A stretch of DNA of 46,520 bases, from NCBI GenBank assembly GCA_002269645.1, contig NIVC01004425.1:1-46520 (forward strand), in the 5' to 3' direction. This document shows, one piece after another, positions 1 through 13,875 of the stretch. The translations under genes and the position numbers were made by a program. Origin of the DNA: Macrostomum lignano (lineage: Eukaryota). The notes below the pieces were generated by a model. The model did not search any database, had not been told where the DNA came from, and worked only from the letters and a program-made list of their open reading frames with translations. Position 1 is the stretch's first letter, and every line of letters starts with the position of its first letter.

Positions 1-1501
1 TCTACTCTGTTTTCTATCATCTCATCTCTCTTCTCTTTTTCATTCTTCTCTTTACTCTCTTCTCTGACTGATTGAAGATGCCAAATCCATCAAGATCCTC
101 TCCGCGAAGCAGAAATCCTGTCCGTGCAACTGAAAACCATCGAAATCCTCTCCGTGAAACTGGACTCCTTCGAATCCTCTCCTTGAAACTTAAATCCATC
201 AAAATCGTCTCCATAAAACAGAAATCAATCATAAATTATCTCCGCGAAACAGAAATCCTCTCCGTGAAGCTGAACATCATCGAAATCCTCTCCGTGAAAC
301 TGAACACCTTCGAAATCCTCTCCGTAAACTGAACACCTTCGAAATCCTCTCCTTGAAACTTAAATCTATCAAAATCGTCTCCATAAAAGCAGAAATCAAT
401 CATAAATTTAACTCCGCGAAACAGAAATCCTCTCCGTGAAGCTGAACATCATCAAAATCCTCTCCGTGAAACTGAGCACCATCGAAATCCTCTCCACGAA
501 ACAGAAATCCTCTTTGTCAAAATTAAAACATTGAAATCGTCTCCGCTAAACTGGACTCAATCAATTTTTTCCGTCAAACAACTCAACTCTCCGGATTCAT
601 TGGTTAGGGTTAGGGTTAGGGTTAGAACTACGCACAGCTTCGTGTTAAAGCACTGATAAACTATTGAACTAATTGAATCGATTCATTGCGCAACCGATTT
701 CACAGTCAGTCAGTATCAGTCTCAGTTAAAGTTAACAAAACATTGCGCAATCTAAATCAACCCTCCAATACAAAGCAACTGACCCCTTCCTATACACAGC
801 GCCAGTTGGAAGTCGAAACCCCCAACTTTATCTCTCACCTCTCGCCAAAATGAGTACAATCTTTGCAGAAAGTTTAAAGTATGGAAATAGTTTTTGCAAT
901 GCAGAGCTTTTAGTTTTCATATTTGAAGCAAACAATTTATATCCCTGAAATCAGCTTTGCAAGTTCTTTCCAGCAATATAAATTTTTTCTCTCAAAGTTA
1001 AAAACTCGAGCAACAGTTTGCGTTGAAACTTTCTGATTTAAAGCATTGAAATATCGATTGTACGTTCACTGCCTGCTAAAGAGGCCCGCAAGTTTATGCA
1101 TTGAATTTCAACGTTCAACAAAATCACAGGGCTGCCTATTGAAAATTAGAACACAAATCTTTGCGCAATTGTCTATACAGTCAGCCAGTGAGCCAGGGTC
1201 CGATTGTACACAGGCAGCCATTTAGAACGCCCATCCCCCCACTGGAGAGAAAATACACTGCAGAGATAGGGAAAAGTTGTGGCGCAATCACTTGAAATTC
1301 ATGCAAATTTTCAGCTCCAAGCAGAAAGAGGGGACAATTAAGATTATCAAAGGTCAAGACCGCCGTTTTCTGCTTTTTTGAGGATTTTAGAAATTAAAAT
1401 TTCAGAATTAAAATAGCCTATAGCCGACCTCGGATAATTTCCATCTTCCCATATAAGTTTCAACGCTGAGTTGGCACTATTCAAGGAGGAGTTGTCGAAA
1501 T

Positions 1502-1533
<32 letters not shown>

Positions 1534-1554
1534 ACGCGTGAACTTTAGTATATG

Positions 1555-1602
<48 letters not shown>
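1555..1602 (+). repeat. (TAGA)12 microsatellite at an internal unit junction
   Basis: Twelve TAGA units; a similar (TAGA)10 lies at the array's right end, 29174-29213. Confidence 0.95.
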
Positions 1603-4600
1603 CGATGGGAGAAAGGGGAAGAACTCCCATCACCGGAATTCCATTCCCTGAACTCCATCAGCTAAACTCAACTCTCAGAATTCATTGGTTAGGGTTAGGG
1701 TTAGAGCTACACACAGCAGCGGGTTGAAAGGCCAATAAAATATTGAACTAATTGAATCAATTGATTGCGCAACCGATTTCTCAGGCAGTCAGTATAAAGT
1801 TAGCAAAAAGATTGCGCAATCTATTGTAAATCAACTCTCCAATACACAGCGACCGACCCCCTCCAATACTCAGTGGCAGTTAGAAGATGAAACCAACCCC
1901 CGGAACCCCATGAACCCCTAAAATGAATAAAATCTTTGCCGACAGTAAAAAGTATGAAAAACTTTTTCCATTGCTCCGCCTTAATTTTTCTACTTAAAGC
2001 AAACAATTTTTATACCCGAACTCAGCGTTGCAAGCTTTTTCAGCAATATAAGTCTCTCCTCTCAAAGTTTAATACTCAAAGAGAATTTAGCGTTTGAAAG
2101 TTCCCGTTTTAAAGCATTGAAATATCGAGTGTACGTTCACTACTGCCTGCTGGCACAAATAATAAAACAAATTGATGGCGCAATTCATTTCTCCGTCAGT
2201 CAGTATCAGTCTCAGTTAAAATTATTACGCAAACTAAATCAACCCTCCAATGCTCAGAGGCTGACCCCTTGCAATACGCAGTGGCGTTAGAAATTGAACC
2301 CCCCCCAACTGTTGGGGGTCGGTCGAACCCACATTCCAAAAAATGAGTACACTCTTTGCAGAAAGTTAAAAGTATGGAAATAGTTTTTTCAATGCTGTGC
2401 TTTTTCTTTTCATATTTAAAGCAAACAATTATATCCCTGAAATCAGCTTTGCAAGTTCTTTCCAGCAATATTAATTTTTTCTCTCAAAGTTAAAACTTGA
2501 GCAACAGTTAGCGTTTGAAACTTTCTGATTTAAAGTATTGAAATATCAATTGTACGTTCACTGCCTGCTAAAGAGGCCCGCAAGTTTATGCATTGAATTT
2601 CAAGTTCAACAAATCACAGGGCTGCCTATTGAAAATTAGAACACAAATCTTGCGCAATTGTCTATACAGTCAGCCAGTGAGCCAGGGTCCGATTGTACAC
2701 AGGCAGCCATTAGAACGCCGCATCCCCCCACTGGAGAGAAAATACACTGCAGAGATAGGGAAAAGTTGTGGCGCAATCACTTGAAATTCATGCAAATTTT
2801 CAGCTCCAAGCAGAAAGAGGGGACAATTAAGATTATCAAAGGTCAAGACCGCCGTTTTCTGCTTTTTTGAGGATCTTAGAAATTAAAATTTCAGAATTAA
2901 AATAGCCTATAGCCGACCTCGGATAATTTCCAATCTTCCCATATAAGTTTCAACGCTGAGTTGGCACTATTCAAGGAGGAGTTGTCGAAATGACAGACAG
3001 ACAGACAGACAAACAACACGTCAACTTTAGTATATAGACGAGTGGAACTCCTCCTTCGGAGAGAAAGGGGAAGAACTCCCATCACCGGAATTCCATTCCC
3101 TGAAATCCATCAGCTGAAACTCCACTTGAACCCATCTTCCAAATCGTCTCCAAATTCTTTACAAAATCTTTGAAAGACCATAGCTCAAAGACTCTCACGT
3201 CTCTCATATCTCCTCTCTCTTCTATTCGCTATTATCGTGACTCTCTTCTCTCTCCTCTCTCTCATCTCATCTCTACCCGTACTCCCTTATTTATGTTTTA
3301 TCCCTCGTCTTTCGTCTGTACCCTCTCCTGTCTCTTGTCTCCTCTCTTCTCTCATATCTCTCCTCTTCACTTCTGTCTCCTGTCTTCTCTCTTCTCTCTT
3401 ATCTCTCCCTCTTCTCTCCTCTTTATATGTCATCCCTATTCACTTATCTATCGTCTCTCTTAACCCTCTCTCTCTTCTCTTTTCTTTCCTCTCTGCTCTC
3501 ATTTCTCATATCTCATATACGCTCTCACACTCCACTTACTTGTCTCCAATCTTTCTTTCCTCCTTTCCACTTTTCCCTGTCTCTTCTCTTCTCTCTTTTC
3601 TATCCTCTCCATTCTCTCTTTTCTCCTCCCCTTGCTCCTTTTATCTCTCCCTCTCTTCTCTAATCTCTTCTCTCTTCTCTCTTATGTTCTCACTCATCTC
3701 TTTTTATCGCATCTCTCATCTCTCCTCTCCTCACTACTTTCCTCTCTTAACTCTCTTATCTATTTCATCTCTCTCCTCTCTCCTCTTTCTCTTCTCCTCT
3801 CGCTTCTTCTCTCGCTTCTCTCTCTCTATCTCTCCTCTCATCTCTACTACCGTATTTATATCTTCTAACTGGTCCTTCGTCTCTACTCTCCTTTCTCCTT
3901 TCTCCCCTCTTTTCTCCTTTCTTGTCTCTCCTGTCTCTCCCTCCTTCTCATCCCTCATCCCCTCATCTCACTCTTTCTTTCTCCTCTACTCTCCCTCTCT
4001 TCTATTTTCTCTGTACGCTCTTATCCTAATCTATTTTCTCTCCTCTCTCCTCTTTTCTACTCTCTCCCTCTTCGTTCCCGCCTAAATCCCCTCTTCTCTC
4101 CAATCTGTCATGTCTAATATCTCCACTTATTTCTACTCTGTTTTCTATCATCTCATCTCTCTTCTGCTTTCATTCTTCTCTTTACTCTTTTCTCTGACTG
4201 ATTGAAGATGCCAAATCCATCAAGATCCTCTCCGCGAAGCAGAAATCCTGTCCGTGCAACTGAAAACCATCGAAATTCTCTCTTTTAAACTGGACTCAAT
4301 CGAAATTTTCTCCGTCAAAAAAATAAATATCAGGATTCATTGGTTAGGGTTATTGTTAGGGTTAGGGTTAGGGTTAAAGCTACACAGCTGCGTGTTCAAA
4401 TAAAAATTGAACCAATTGAATCAATTGATTGCGCAACCGATTTCTCAGTCAGTCAGTATCAGTCTCAGTTAAAGTTAACAAAAAGATTGCGCAATCTAAA
4501 TCAACCCTCCAGTACACAGAGACCGACCTCTTTTCAATACGCAGTAGCAGTTAGAAATTGAACGCCGAACTGTTGGGGGCATTGAACCAAAAAATGAGTA

Positions 4601-5713
4601 CAATCTTTGCATAAAGCTAAAAGTATGGAAATAGTTTTTTTGATGCTGCTCTTTTAGTCTTTACATTTATAGCAAACAATTTATATCCTCGAACTCAGCG
4701 TTGCAAGATCTTTTCAGCAGTATAAGTCTCTTCTCTTAAAGTTTAGAACTCGAAGAGCAGTTAGCGTTTGAAAGTTTCCGTTTTAAAGCATTAAAATATC
4801 GAGTGTACGTTCACTGCCTGCCAAAGAGGCTCGCAAGTTGATTCATTCATTACACAGGCCGCCTATTACACAGGGCAGCCTATTGAAAGGCACAGATAAT
4901 AAAACAAATTGATGGCGCAACCGATTTCACAGTCAGTCAGTATCAGTCTCAGTTAAAGTTAAGAAAAACATTGCGCAATCTAAATCAACCCTCCAATACA
5001 CAGCGCCCGACCGCCTTCCACTACGCAGTGGCAATTAGCAATTGAACCCCCCAAATTTATCTCTGACCTATCGCAAAAATAAGTACAATCTTTGCAGCAA
5101 GTTAAAAGTAAAAGTAATAAAATCGTTTTTTGAATGCTGTGCTTTTAATTTTTACAGTTAAAGCAAACAACTTATATCCCTGAACTCAGCGTTGCAAGAT
5201 CTTTCCAGCAATATAAGTCTCTCCTCTCAAAGTTCAAAAATCGAGCAACAGTTAGCATTTGAAACTTTCTGATTTAAAGCATTGAAATATCGAGTGTACG
5301 TTCACTGCCTGCTAGAGAGGCTCGCAAATTGATGCATTGAATTTCACTGTCCGCCAGTTAGCTAGGGTCCAAGTGTACACACGCCGCCACTGAGAACGCT
5401 CCTATCCCCCCACTGGAGAGAAAAACACTGCCAAGTTAGCAAAATTTTATGGCGCAATCACTTAAAATTCATGCAGATTTTCAGCTCCAAGCAGAAAGAG
5501 GGGACAATTAAGATTATCAAAGGTCAAGACCGCCGTTTTCTGCTTTTTTGAGGATCTTAGAAATTAAAATTTCAGAATTAAAATAGCCTATAGCCGACCT
5601 CGGATAATTTCCAATCTTCCCATATAAGTTTCAACGCTGAGTTGCCGCTATTCAAGGAGGAGTTGTCGAAATGACACACAGACAGACAAACAACACGTCA
5701 ACTTTAGTATATA

Positions 5714-5739
5714 CGAGTGGAACTCCTCCTTCGGAGGAG
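5714..5739 (-). terminator. Putative Helitron 3' terminus: hairpin CTCCTCC-GAA-GGAGGAG, then TTCCA-CTCG
   Basis: Perfect 7-bp stem, with the CTCG end 9 nt further on. The same stem occurs at 7231-7247, 9818-9834, 12592-12608, 16493-16509, 19707-19723, 21917-21933 and 26816-26832. It is damaged near 3048 and lost near 1603. Confidence 0.6.
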
Positions 5740-8700
5740 AAAGGGAAGAACTCCATCACCGGAATTCCATTCCTGAAATATCCATCAACTGACATTCCAT
5801 GTCTTGAACCCTATCTTCAAATCGTCTCCAAATTCTTTACAAAACCTTTCAAAGACCATAGCTCAAAGACTCTCATGTTCTCATATCTCCTCTCTCCTCT
5901 CTTCACTGATATCGTGACTCTCTTCTCTCTCCTCTCTCATCTCATCTCTACCCCTACTCCCTTATTTGTCTCTTCTCCCTCGTCTTTCGTCTGTACCCTC
6001 TCTGTCTCCTGTCTCCTGTCTCTTATCTCTCCCTCTTCTCTCCTCTCCCGTATGTCATCTCTAATCTCTCCTCTCTCATATCTACTCTCTTTTCTCTCCC
6101 ATTGGAAGAACTCCTATCACCAGAATTCAATTCCCTGAACTTCATTAGCTGAATTCCATGACCCGAGTTCCATCATCCAAGTCCTCTCCGAAGACAAAAG
6201 ATCCTCTCCGTGAAACTGGACTCAATCGAAATTTACTTCGTCAGACAGAACTCAACTCTCAGGATTCAGTGGCTAGGGTTAGGGTTAGGGTTAGAGTTAC
6301 ACACAGCTGCGTGTTGAAAGGCACCAATAATAAAAAATTGAACTATTTAAAGCAACAGATTGAGCAATCGATTTCTCAGTCAGCCAGTATCAGTCTCAGT
6401 TCAAAGTTAGCAAAATGATTGCGCAATTTAAATCAACCATCCAATACACAGCGACCGCCCCCTTCCAATACGCAGTGGCAAGTAGACGTTGAACCCCCCA
6501 ACTTTATCTCTGACCTGTCGCAAAAATAAGTACAATCTTTGCAAAAGTATGGAAATCGTTTTTTGAATGCTGTATTTTAGTTATTATCATATTTAAAGCA
6601 AACAACTTATATCCCCGAACTCAGCGCTGCAAGCTCTTTCCAGCAATAAAAGTCTCGTCTCTCAAAGTTCAAGAATCGAGCAACAGTTAGCGTTTGAAAC
6701 TTTCTGATTTAAAGCATTGAAATATCGAGTGTACGTTCACTGCCTGCAGCAGAGGGAGGCTCGCAAGTTTATTCATTGAATTTAACTGTCCAAAACTACA
6801 CAGGGCAGCCTATTGAAAATCAGAACACAATTCGTTGCGCAATTGTCTATCTATACAATCAGCCAGTGAGCTAGGGTCGATTGTACACACGCAGCCACTG
6901 AGAATGCGACCATCCCCCCACTGGAGAGAAAATACACTGTAGAGATAGGAGACAGTTGTGGCGCAATCACTCAAATTCATGCAAATTTTCAGCTCCAAGC
7001 AGAAAGAGGGACAATTAAGATTATCAAAGGTCAAGACCACCGTTTTCTGCTTTTTTAGGGATCTTAAAATGTAAAATGCAATATTAAAATAGCCTAAAGC
7101 CATCCTCAGTAAATTTGCAGTTTTCCAATATAAGTTTCAACGCTGAGTTGCAAGTATTCTAGGAGGAGTTATGCAACAGACAAACAAACACACAAACATC
7201 GCACCAACTTTAGTATATACACGAGTGGAACTCCTCCTTCGGAGGAGAAAGGGGAAGAACTCCCATCACCGGAATTCCATTCCCTGAAATATCCATCAAC
7301 TGAAATTCCATGTCTTGAACCCTATCTTCCAAATCGTCTCCAAATTCTTTACAAAACCTTTCAAAGACCATAGCTCAAAGACTCTCACGTCTCTCATATC
7401 TCCTCTCTCTTCTATTCGCTATTATCGTGACTCTCTTCTCTCTCCTCTCTCTCATCTCATCTCTACCCCTACTCCCTTATTTATCTCTTCTCCCTCGTCT
7501 TTCGTTTGTACCTTCTCCTGTCTCTTGTCTCCTCTCTTCTCTCATATCTCTCCTCTTCACTTCTGTCTCCTGTCTCCTCTCTTCTCTCTTCTCTCTTATC
7601 TCTCCCTCTTCTCTCCTTTCTCATATGTCATCTCTCCTTACTTATCTATCGTATCTCTTAACCCTCTCTCTCTTCTCTTTTCTCTCCTATCTGCTTCTCG
7701 TTTCTCAAATCTCATATACGCTCTCACGCTCTACTTTCTTGTCTCCCATCTTCCTTTCCTCCTTACCACTATCCCCTGTCTCTTCTCTTCTCTCTTTTCT
7801 ATCCTCTCCATTCTCTCTTCTCTCCTCTCCTTTCTCCTTTCATCTTCTCCCCTCTCTTCTCTAATCTCTAATCTCTTCTCTCTTATGTTCTCACTCATCT
7901 CTTTTCTCATCGCTCCTCTCATCTCCTTTCTCATCGCATCTCTCATCTCTCCTCTCCACACTACTTTCCTCTCTTAACTCTCTCATCTCTGATCCTTCAT
8001 CTCTCTCCTCTCTCGCCTGTCTCTTCTCCTCTTGCTTCTCGATGTCCTCTATCTCCTCTCATCTCTACTACCTTATTTATATCTTCTCCCTGGTCTTTGT
8101 CTTTACTCTCTCCTGTCTCCTTTCTCCCCTCTTTTCTCCTCTTTTCTCTCTCCTTTCTCCCCTCCTGTCTCATCTCTCATCCCTCATCTCATTCTTTCTT
8201 TCTCCTCTACTTCCCCTCTCTTCTATTTCCTCTGTACGCTCTTATCCCTCATCTATTCTCTCTCCTATCATCTCTCTTGTCTCCCTCTATCTCATATCTC
8301 CCCTCTCATCTCCTCTCTCCTCTTCTCTTCTCTCTCCTTCGTTCCCGCCTTACTCCCCTCTTCTCTCCCATCTGTCATGTCTAATCTCTCCACTCAATTA
8401 TACTCTGTTTTCTATCATCTCATCTCTCTTCTCTTTTTATTCTTCTCTTTACTCTCTTCTCTGACTGATTGAAGATGCCAAATCCATCAAGATCCTCTCC
8501 GCGAAGCAGAAATCTTGTCTGTGCAACTGAAAACCATCGAAATCCTCTCCGTGAAACTGGACTCCTTCGAAATCCTCTCATTCTCTCAACTTAAATCCAT
8601 CAAAATGGTCTCCATAAAACAGAAATCAATTATAAATTATCTCCGCGAAACAGAAATCCTCTCCGTGAAGCTGAACATCATCGAAATTCTCTCTTCGTGA

Positions 8701-9959
8701 AACTGAACATCATCGAAATCCTCTCTTCGTGAAACTGAACATCATCGAAATCCTCTCCACGAAACAGAAATCCTCTCCGTCAAAATTAAAACATTGAAAT
8801 CGTCTCCGCTGAACTGGACTCAATCAGTTTTTTTCCGTCAAACAACTTAACTTTCCAGATTCATTGGTTAGGGTTAGGGTTAGGGTTAGGGTTAAAACTA
8901 CGCACAGCTTCGTGTTAAAAGGCACTGATAAAAATATTGAACTAATTGAATCAATTCATTGCGCAACCGATTTCACAGTCAGTCAGTATCAGTCTCAGTT
9001 AAAGTTAACAAAAGCATTGCGCAATCTAAATCAACCCTCCAATACACAGCAGCAGTGAGAAGTTAAACCCTCCCCCCAACTTTATCTATTACGTCTCGCA
9101 AAACTGAGTACAATTTTTGCAGAAAGTTAAAAGTATGGAAATACTTTTTCAAATGCTGTGCTTTTTCTTTTCATATTTAAAGCAAACAACTTATATCCCC
9201 GAGCTCAGCGTTGCAAGATCTTTCCAGCAATATAAGTTTCTCCTCTCAAAGTTTAAAACTCGAGGAACAGTTAGCGTTTGAAACTGTCTGATTTATAGCA
9301 TTGAAGTATCGAGTGTACGTTCACTGCCTGCTTGCAAGTTGATGCATTGAATTTCAATGTCCAACAAATACACAGGACTGCCCATTGAAAGGCAGGAAAA
9401 CTTATCAGTAGCCATATCATTGCGCAATTATCTATAAAGTCAGCCAGTGAGCCAGGGTCCAAGTGTACACACGCAGCCACTGAGAACGCTCCCACCCCCC
9501 ACTGGAAAGAAAATACACTACAGAGATAGGGAAAAGTTGTGGCGCAATCACTAAAAATTCATGCATTTTTCAGCTCCAAGCAGAAAGAGGGGACAATTAA
9601 GATTATCAAAGGTCAAGACCGCCGTTTTCTGCTTTTTTGAGGATCTTAGAAATTAAAATTTCAGAATTAAAATAGCCTATAGCCGACCTCGGATAATTTC
9701 CAATCTTCCCATATAAGTTTCAACGCTGAGTTGGCACTATTCAAGGAGGAGTTGTCGAAATGACAGACAGACAGACAAACAACACGTCAACTTTAGTATA
9801 TATAGAGACGAGTGGAACTCCTCCTTCGGAGGAGAAAGGGGAAGAACTCCCATCACCGGAATTCTATTCCCTGAAATATCCATCAACTGAAATTCCATGT
9901 CTTTAACCCTATCTTCCAAATCGTCTCCAAATTCTTTACAAAATCTTTCAAAGACCATA

Positions 9960-11088
9960 GCTCAAAGACTCTTACGTCTCTCATATCTACTCTCTCCTCT
10001 CTTCGCTATTATCGTGACTCGCTTCTCTCTCCTCTCTCTCATCTCATCTCTACCCCTACTCTCTTATTTATCTCTACTCCCTTATTTATCTCTTCTCCCT
10101 CGTCTTTCGTCTGTACCCTATCCTGTCTACTCTCCTATCTTCTATCTTATCTCTCCCCTTTTCTCTCCTCTCTCATATCTAATCTCTAATCACTTATCTA
10201 TCGTCTCCGCTCTACTTTCTCTCTTCTTTTTTCTCTCTTCTCTCTGCTCTCATTTCTCGTATCTCTTATACGCTCTCACCCTCTCCTTTCTTATCTCCCA
10301 TCTTTCTTCCCTCCTTTCTACTGCATCACCTGTCTCCTCTCTTCTCTTTTCTCTCCTCTCCATTCTCTCTTCTCTACTCTCATCTCCCCTCATCTCTTCT
10401 CTAATCTCTAATCTCTTCTCTCTCTTATTTTCTCACTCATCTCTTTTCTCATTGCATCTCTCATCTCTCCTCTCTCTCTCTCCTCTCATCTGTACTATCT
10501 TTTTTATCTCTTCTCCCAGGTCTTTCAAATTTACTCTCTCCTGTCTCCTCTCTCCCCTCGTCTTTCCTCTCTCATATCTCTTCTCTACTCACTTATATAT
10601 TCTCTCTCCTCTGCTCCCCTTTTACACTTTCCTATATGCTCTCACTCTCACCCTCCCCTTTCTTATCTGCTGTTTTTACACTCCTTTCTACCACCTGTCT
10701 CCTCTCGTTTCTCTCCTCTCTGCACTCTCATCTTTACCCTCTTCTTTCTCCTCACTACTTTCTTCTCTTAAATCTCTGATCTCTGATCTTTCATCTCTCT
10801 CCTCTCACCTCTCACCTCTCTCCTCTCTTTCCTCTCTTCTATTGCCTCTGTACGCTCTTGTCCCTCCTTTCTTCTCCATCCTGTCTCCTCTCTGCAATCT
10901 CATATCTCCTCTCTCATATCCTCTCCCTTCATCTCCTCTCTCCTCTTCTCTTCTCTCTCCTTCGTTCCCGCCTTACTTTCCTCTTCTCTCCCATCTGTCA
11001 TGTCTAATCTCTCCACTCATTTCTACTCTGTTTTCTATCATCTCATCTCTCTTCTCTTTTCATTCTTCTCTTTACTCTCTTCTCTGAC
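9960..11088 (+). repeat. Long polypyrimidine (CT-rich) low-complexity tract, one per long unit
   Basis: The plus strand is almost entirely C/T. Homologous tracts lie at about 3190-4195, 5860-6100, 7380-8462, 12740-13268, 16620-17490, 19850-20575, 22070-22915, 26960-27940 and 1-65. Confidence 0.9.
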
Positions 11089-11154
11089 TGATTGAAGATG
11101 CCAAATCCATCAAGATCCTCTCCGCGAAGCAGAAATCCTGTCCGTGCAACTGAA

Positions 11155-11560
11155 AACCATCGAAATCCTCTCCGTGAAACTGGACTCCTTCGAAATCCTC
11201 TCCTTGAAACTTAAATCCATCAAAATCGTCTCCATAAAACAGAAATCAATCATAAATTATCTCCGCGAAACAAAATCCTCTCCGTGAAGCTGAACATCAT
11301 CGAAATCCTCTCCGTGAAACTGAACACCTTCGAAATCCTCTCCGTGAAACTGAACACCTTCGAAATCCTCTCCTTGAAACTTAAATCTATCAAAATCGTC
11401 TCCATAAAGCAGAAATCAATCATAAATTTAACTCCGCGAAACAGAAATCCTCTCCGTGAAGCTGAACATCATCAAAATCCTCTCCGTGAAACTGAGCACC
11501 ATCGAAATCCTCTCCACGAAACAGAAATCCTCTTTGTCAAAATTAAAACATTGAAATCGT
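11155..11560 (+). repeat. 30-bp minisatellite (CGAAATCCTCTCCGTGAAACTGAACAYCWT-like) inside array units
   Basis: Tandem ~30-bp units with shorter variants. Homologous blocks at about 130-540, 8530-8800, 17550-17740, 20640-20890, 22975-23170, 28010-28200, and a diverged block at 13280-13400. Confidence 0.9.
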
Positions 11561-13480
11561 CTCCGCTAAACTGGACTCAATCAATTTTTTCCGTCAAACA
11601 ACTCAACTCTCCGGATTCATTGGTTAGGGTTAGGGTTAGGGTTAGAACTACGCACAGCTTCGTGTTAAAAGGCACTGATAAACTATTGAACTAATTGAAT
11701 CGATTCATTGCGCAACCGATTTCACAGTCAGTCAGTATCAGTCTCAGTTAAAGTTAACAAAAACATTGCGCAATCTAAATCAACCCTCCAATACAAAGCA
11801 ACTGACCCCCTTCCTATACACAGCGCCAGTTGGAAGTCGAAACCCCCAACTTTATCTCTCACCTCTCGCCAAAATGAGTACAATCTTTGCAGAAAGTTTA
11901 AAGTATGGAAATAGTTTTTGCAATGCAGAGCTTTTAGTTTTCATATTTGAAGCAAACAATTTATATCCCTGAAATCAGCTTTGCAAGTTCTTTCCAGCAA
12001 TATAAATTTTTTCTCTCAAAGTTAAAAACTCGAGCAACAGTTTGCGTTTGAAACTTTCTGATTTAAAGCATTGAAATATCGATTGTACGTTCACTGCCTG
12101 CTAAAGAGGCCCGCAAGTTTATGCATTGAATTTCAACGTTCAACAAAATCACAGGGCTGCCTATTGAAAATTAGAACACAAATCTTTGCGCAATTGTCTA
12201 TACAGTCAGCCAGTGAGCCAGGGTCCGATTGTACACAGGCAGCCATTTAGAACGCCCCATCCCCCCACTGGAGAGAAAATACACTGCAGAGATAGGGAAA
12301 AGTTGTGGCGCAATCACTTGAAATTCATGCAAATTTTCAGCTCCAAGCAGAAAGAGGGGACAATTAAGATTATCAAAGGTCAAGACCGCCGTTTTCTGCT
12401 TTTTTGAGGATTTTAGAAATTAAAATTTCAGAATTAAAATAGCCTATAGCCGACCTCGGATAATTTCCAATCTTCCCATATAAGTTTCAACGCTGAGTTG
12501 CCACTATTCAAGGAGGAGTTGTCGAAATGACAGACAGACACACAGACAGACAGACAAACAACGCGTCAACTTTAGTATATAGAGAGTGGAACTCCTCCTT
12601 CGGAGGAGAAAGGGGAAGAACTCCCATCACCGGAATTCCATTCCCTGAAATATCCATCAACTGAAATTGCATGTCTTGAACCCTATCTTCCAAATCTTCT
12701 CCAATTTTTTTGCAAAACCTTTCAAAGACCATAGCTCAAAGACTTTCATGTCTCTCATATCTCCTCTCTCCTATCTTCGCTATTATCGTGACTCTCTTCT
12801 CTCTCCTCTCTCTCATCTCATATCTACCCCTACTCACTTATTTATCTCTTCTCCCTCGTCTTTCGTCTGTACCCTCTTTTGTCTCTTGTCTTGCTTCTTC
12901 TCTCTTATCTCTCCCTCTTCTCTTCTCTCTCATATGTCATCTCTACTCACTTATCTATCGTCTCTCTTAACCCTCTCTCTCTCTTCCCTTTTCTCTCCTC
13001 TCTGCTCTCATTTCTCAAATCTTATATACGCTCTCACACTCTCACACACACTCTCTCTCACGCTCTTATCCCTCATCTATTCTCTCTCCTATCATCTCTC
13101 CTGTCTCCCTCTGCTATCTCATATCTCCCCTCTCATCTCCTCTCTCCTCTTCTCTTCTCTCTCCCTCTTCATTCTCGCCTTACTCTCCTATTTTCTCCCA
13201 TATGTCATCTCTAATCTCTCCTCTCTCATATCTACTCTTTTCTATAATCTCTTTTCTCTTTTCTCTGACTGACTGAAGGTACCAAATCCTTCGAAATCCT
13301 CCGTCAAATAGAAATCCATCAAAATTCTCTCCGAGAAACAGAAATGTATCAAAATTTTCTTTGGGAAACTGAAAGCCATCAAAATCGTCTCTGTGAAACA
13401 GAACTTTATCAAATAATACATTATATCTACATGACAAAAATATTAAGTTTTTAGTTATATTTATTACATAAATTACATTG

Positions 13481-13728
13481 TCACAAAACACAATCCACAG
13501 CAACCGTTGAAGTCGATAAGCATTAGAAAGCTATGGTAGAGCATCGCAATACATGTTAAGATTGACATCGGAAATAATAGGGAAGGCGGAAATGCTACAC
13601 CAAAAGCGAAGGGCAACGCATTCACTGACGAATGACCAAAAAAGTGACTGACAGGCATGACCGAGAAAGATTACAAAAAGAGAAAGTGCGACTTCCTGGG
13701 AACCCTACTACAGAAGCAGGAGCTATAA
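13481..13728 (+). pseudogene. Decayed inverted copy of the 5' two-thirds of the 143-aa gene
   Basis: Aligns by eye to the reverse complement of ~14015-14299: KK*LTGMTEKDYKKRKCDFLGTLLQKQEL* versus KKRLTDTEAELERKKRECERLEALVQEQEQV. Contains stops and frameshifts, a perfect 23-bp block (13556-13578 = reverse complement of 14198-14220) and AATAAA at 13740-13745. Confidence 0.8.
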
Positions 13729-13875
13729 TTTTATCTTCTAATAAATCGTTTACATCGTAGAAACTAATAATTCTGAATTAATTTTACCATGTTTGATTAA
13801 ACTAACTAAACTAAATAGCTATTAAATAGTATGGTTACATGTGGTCGCAAAAAAGAAAGAAAACAGAAAGTCAGT

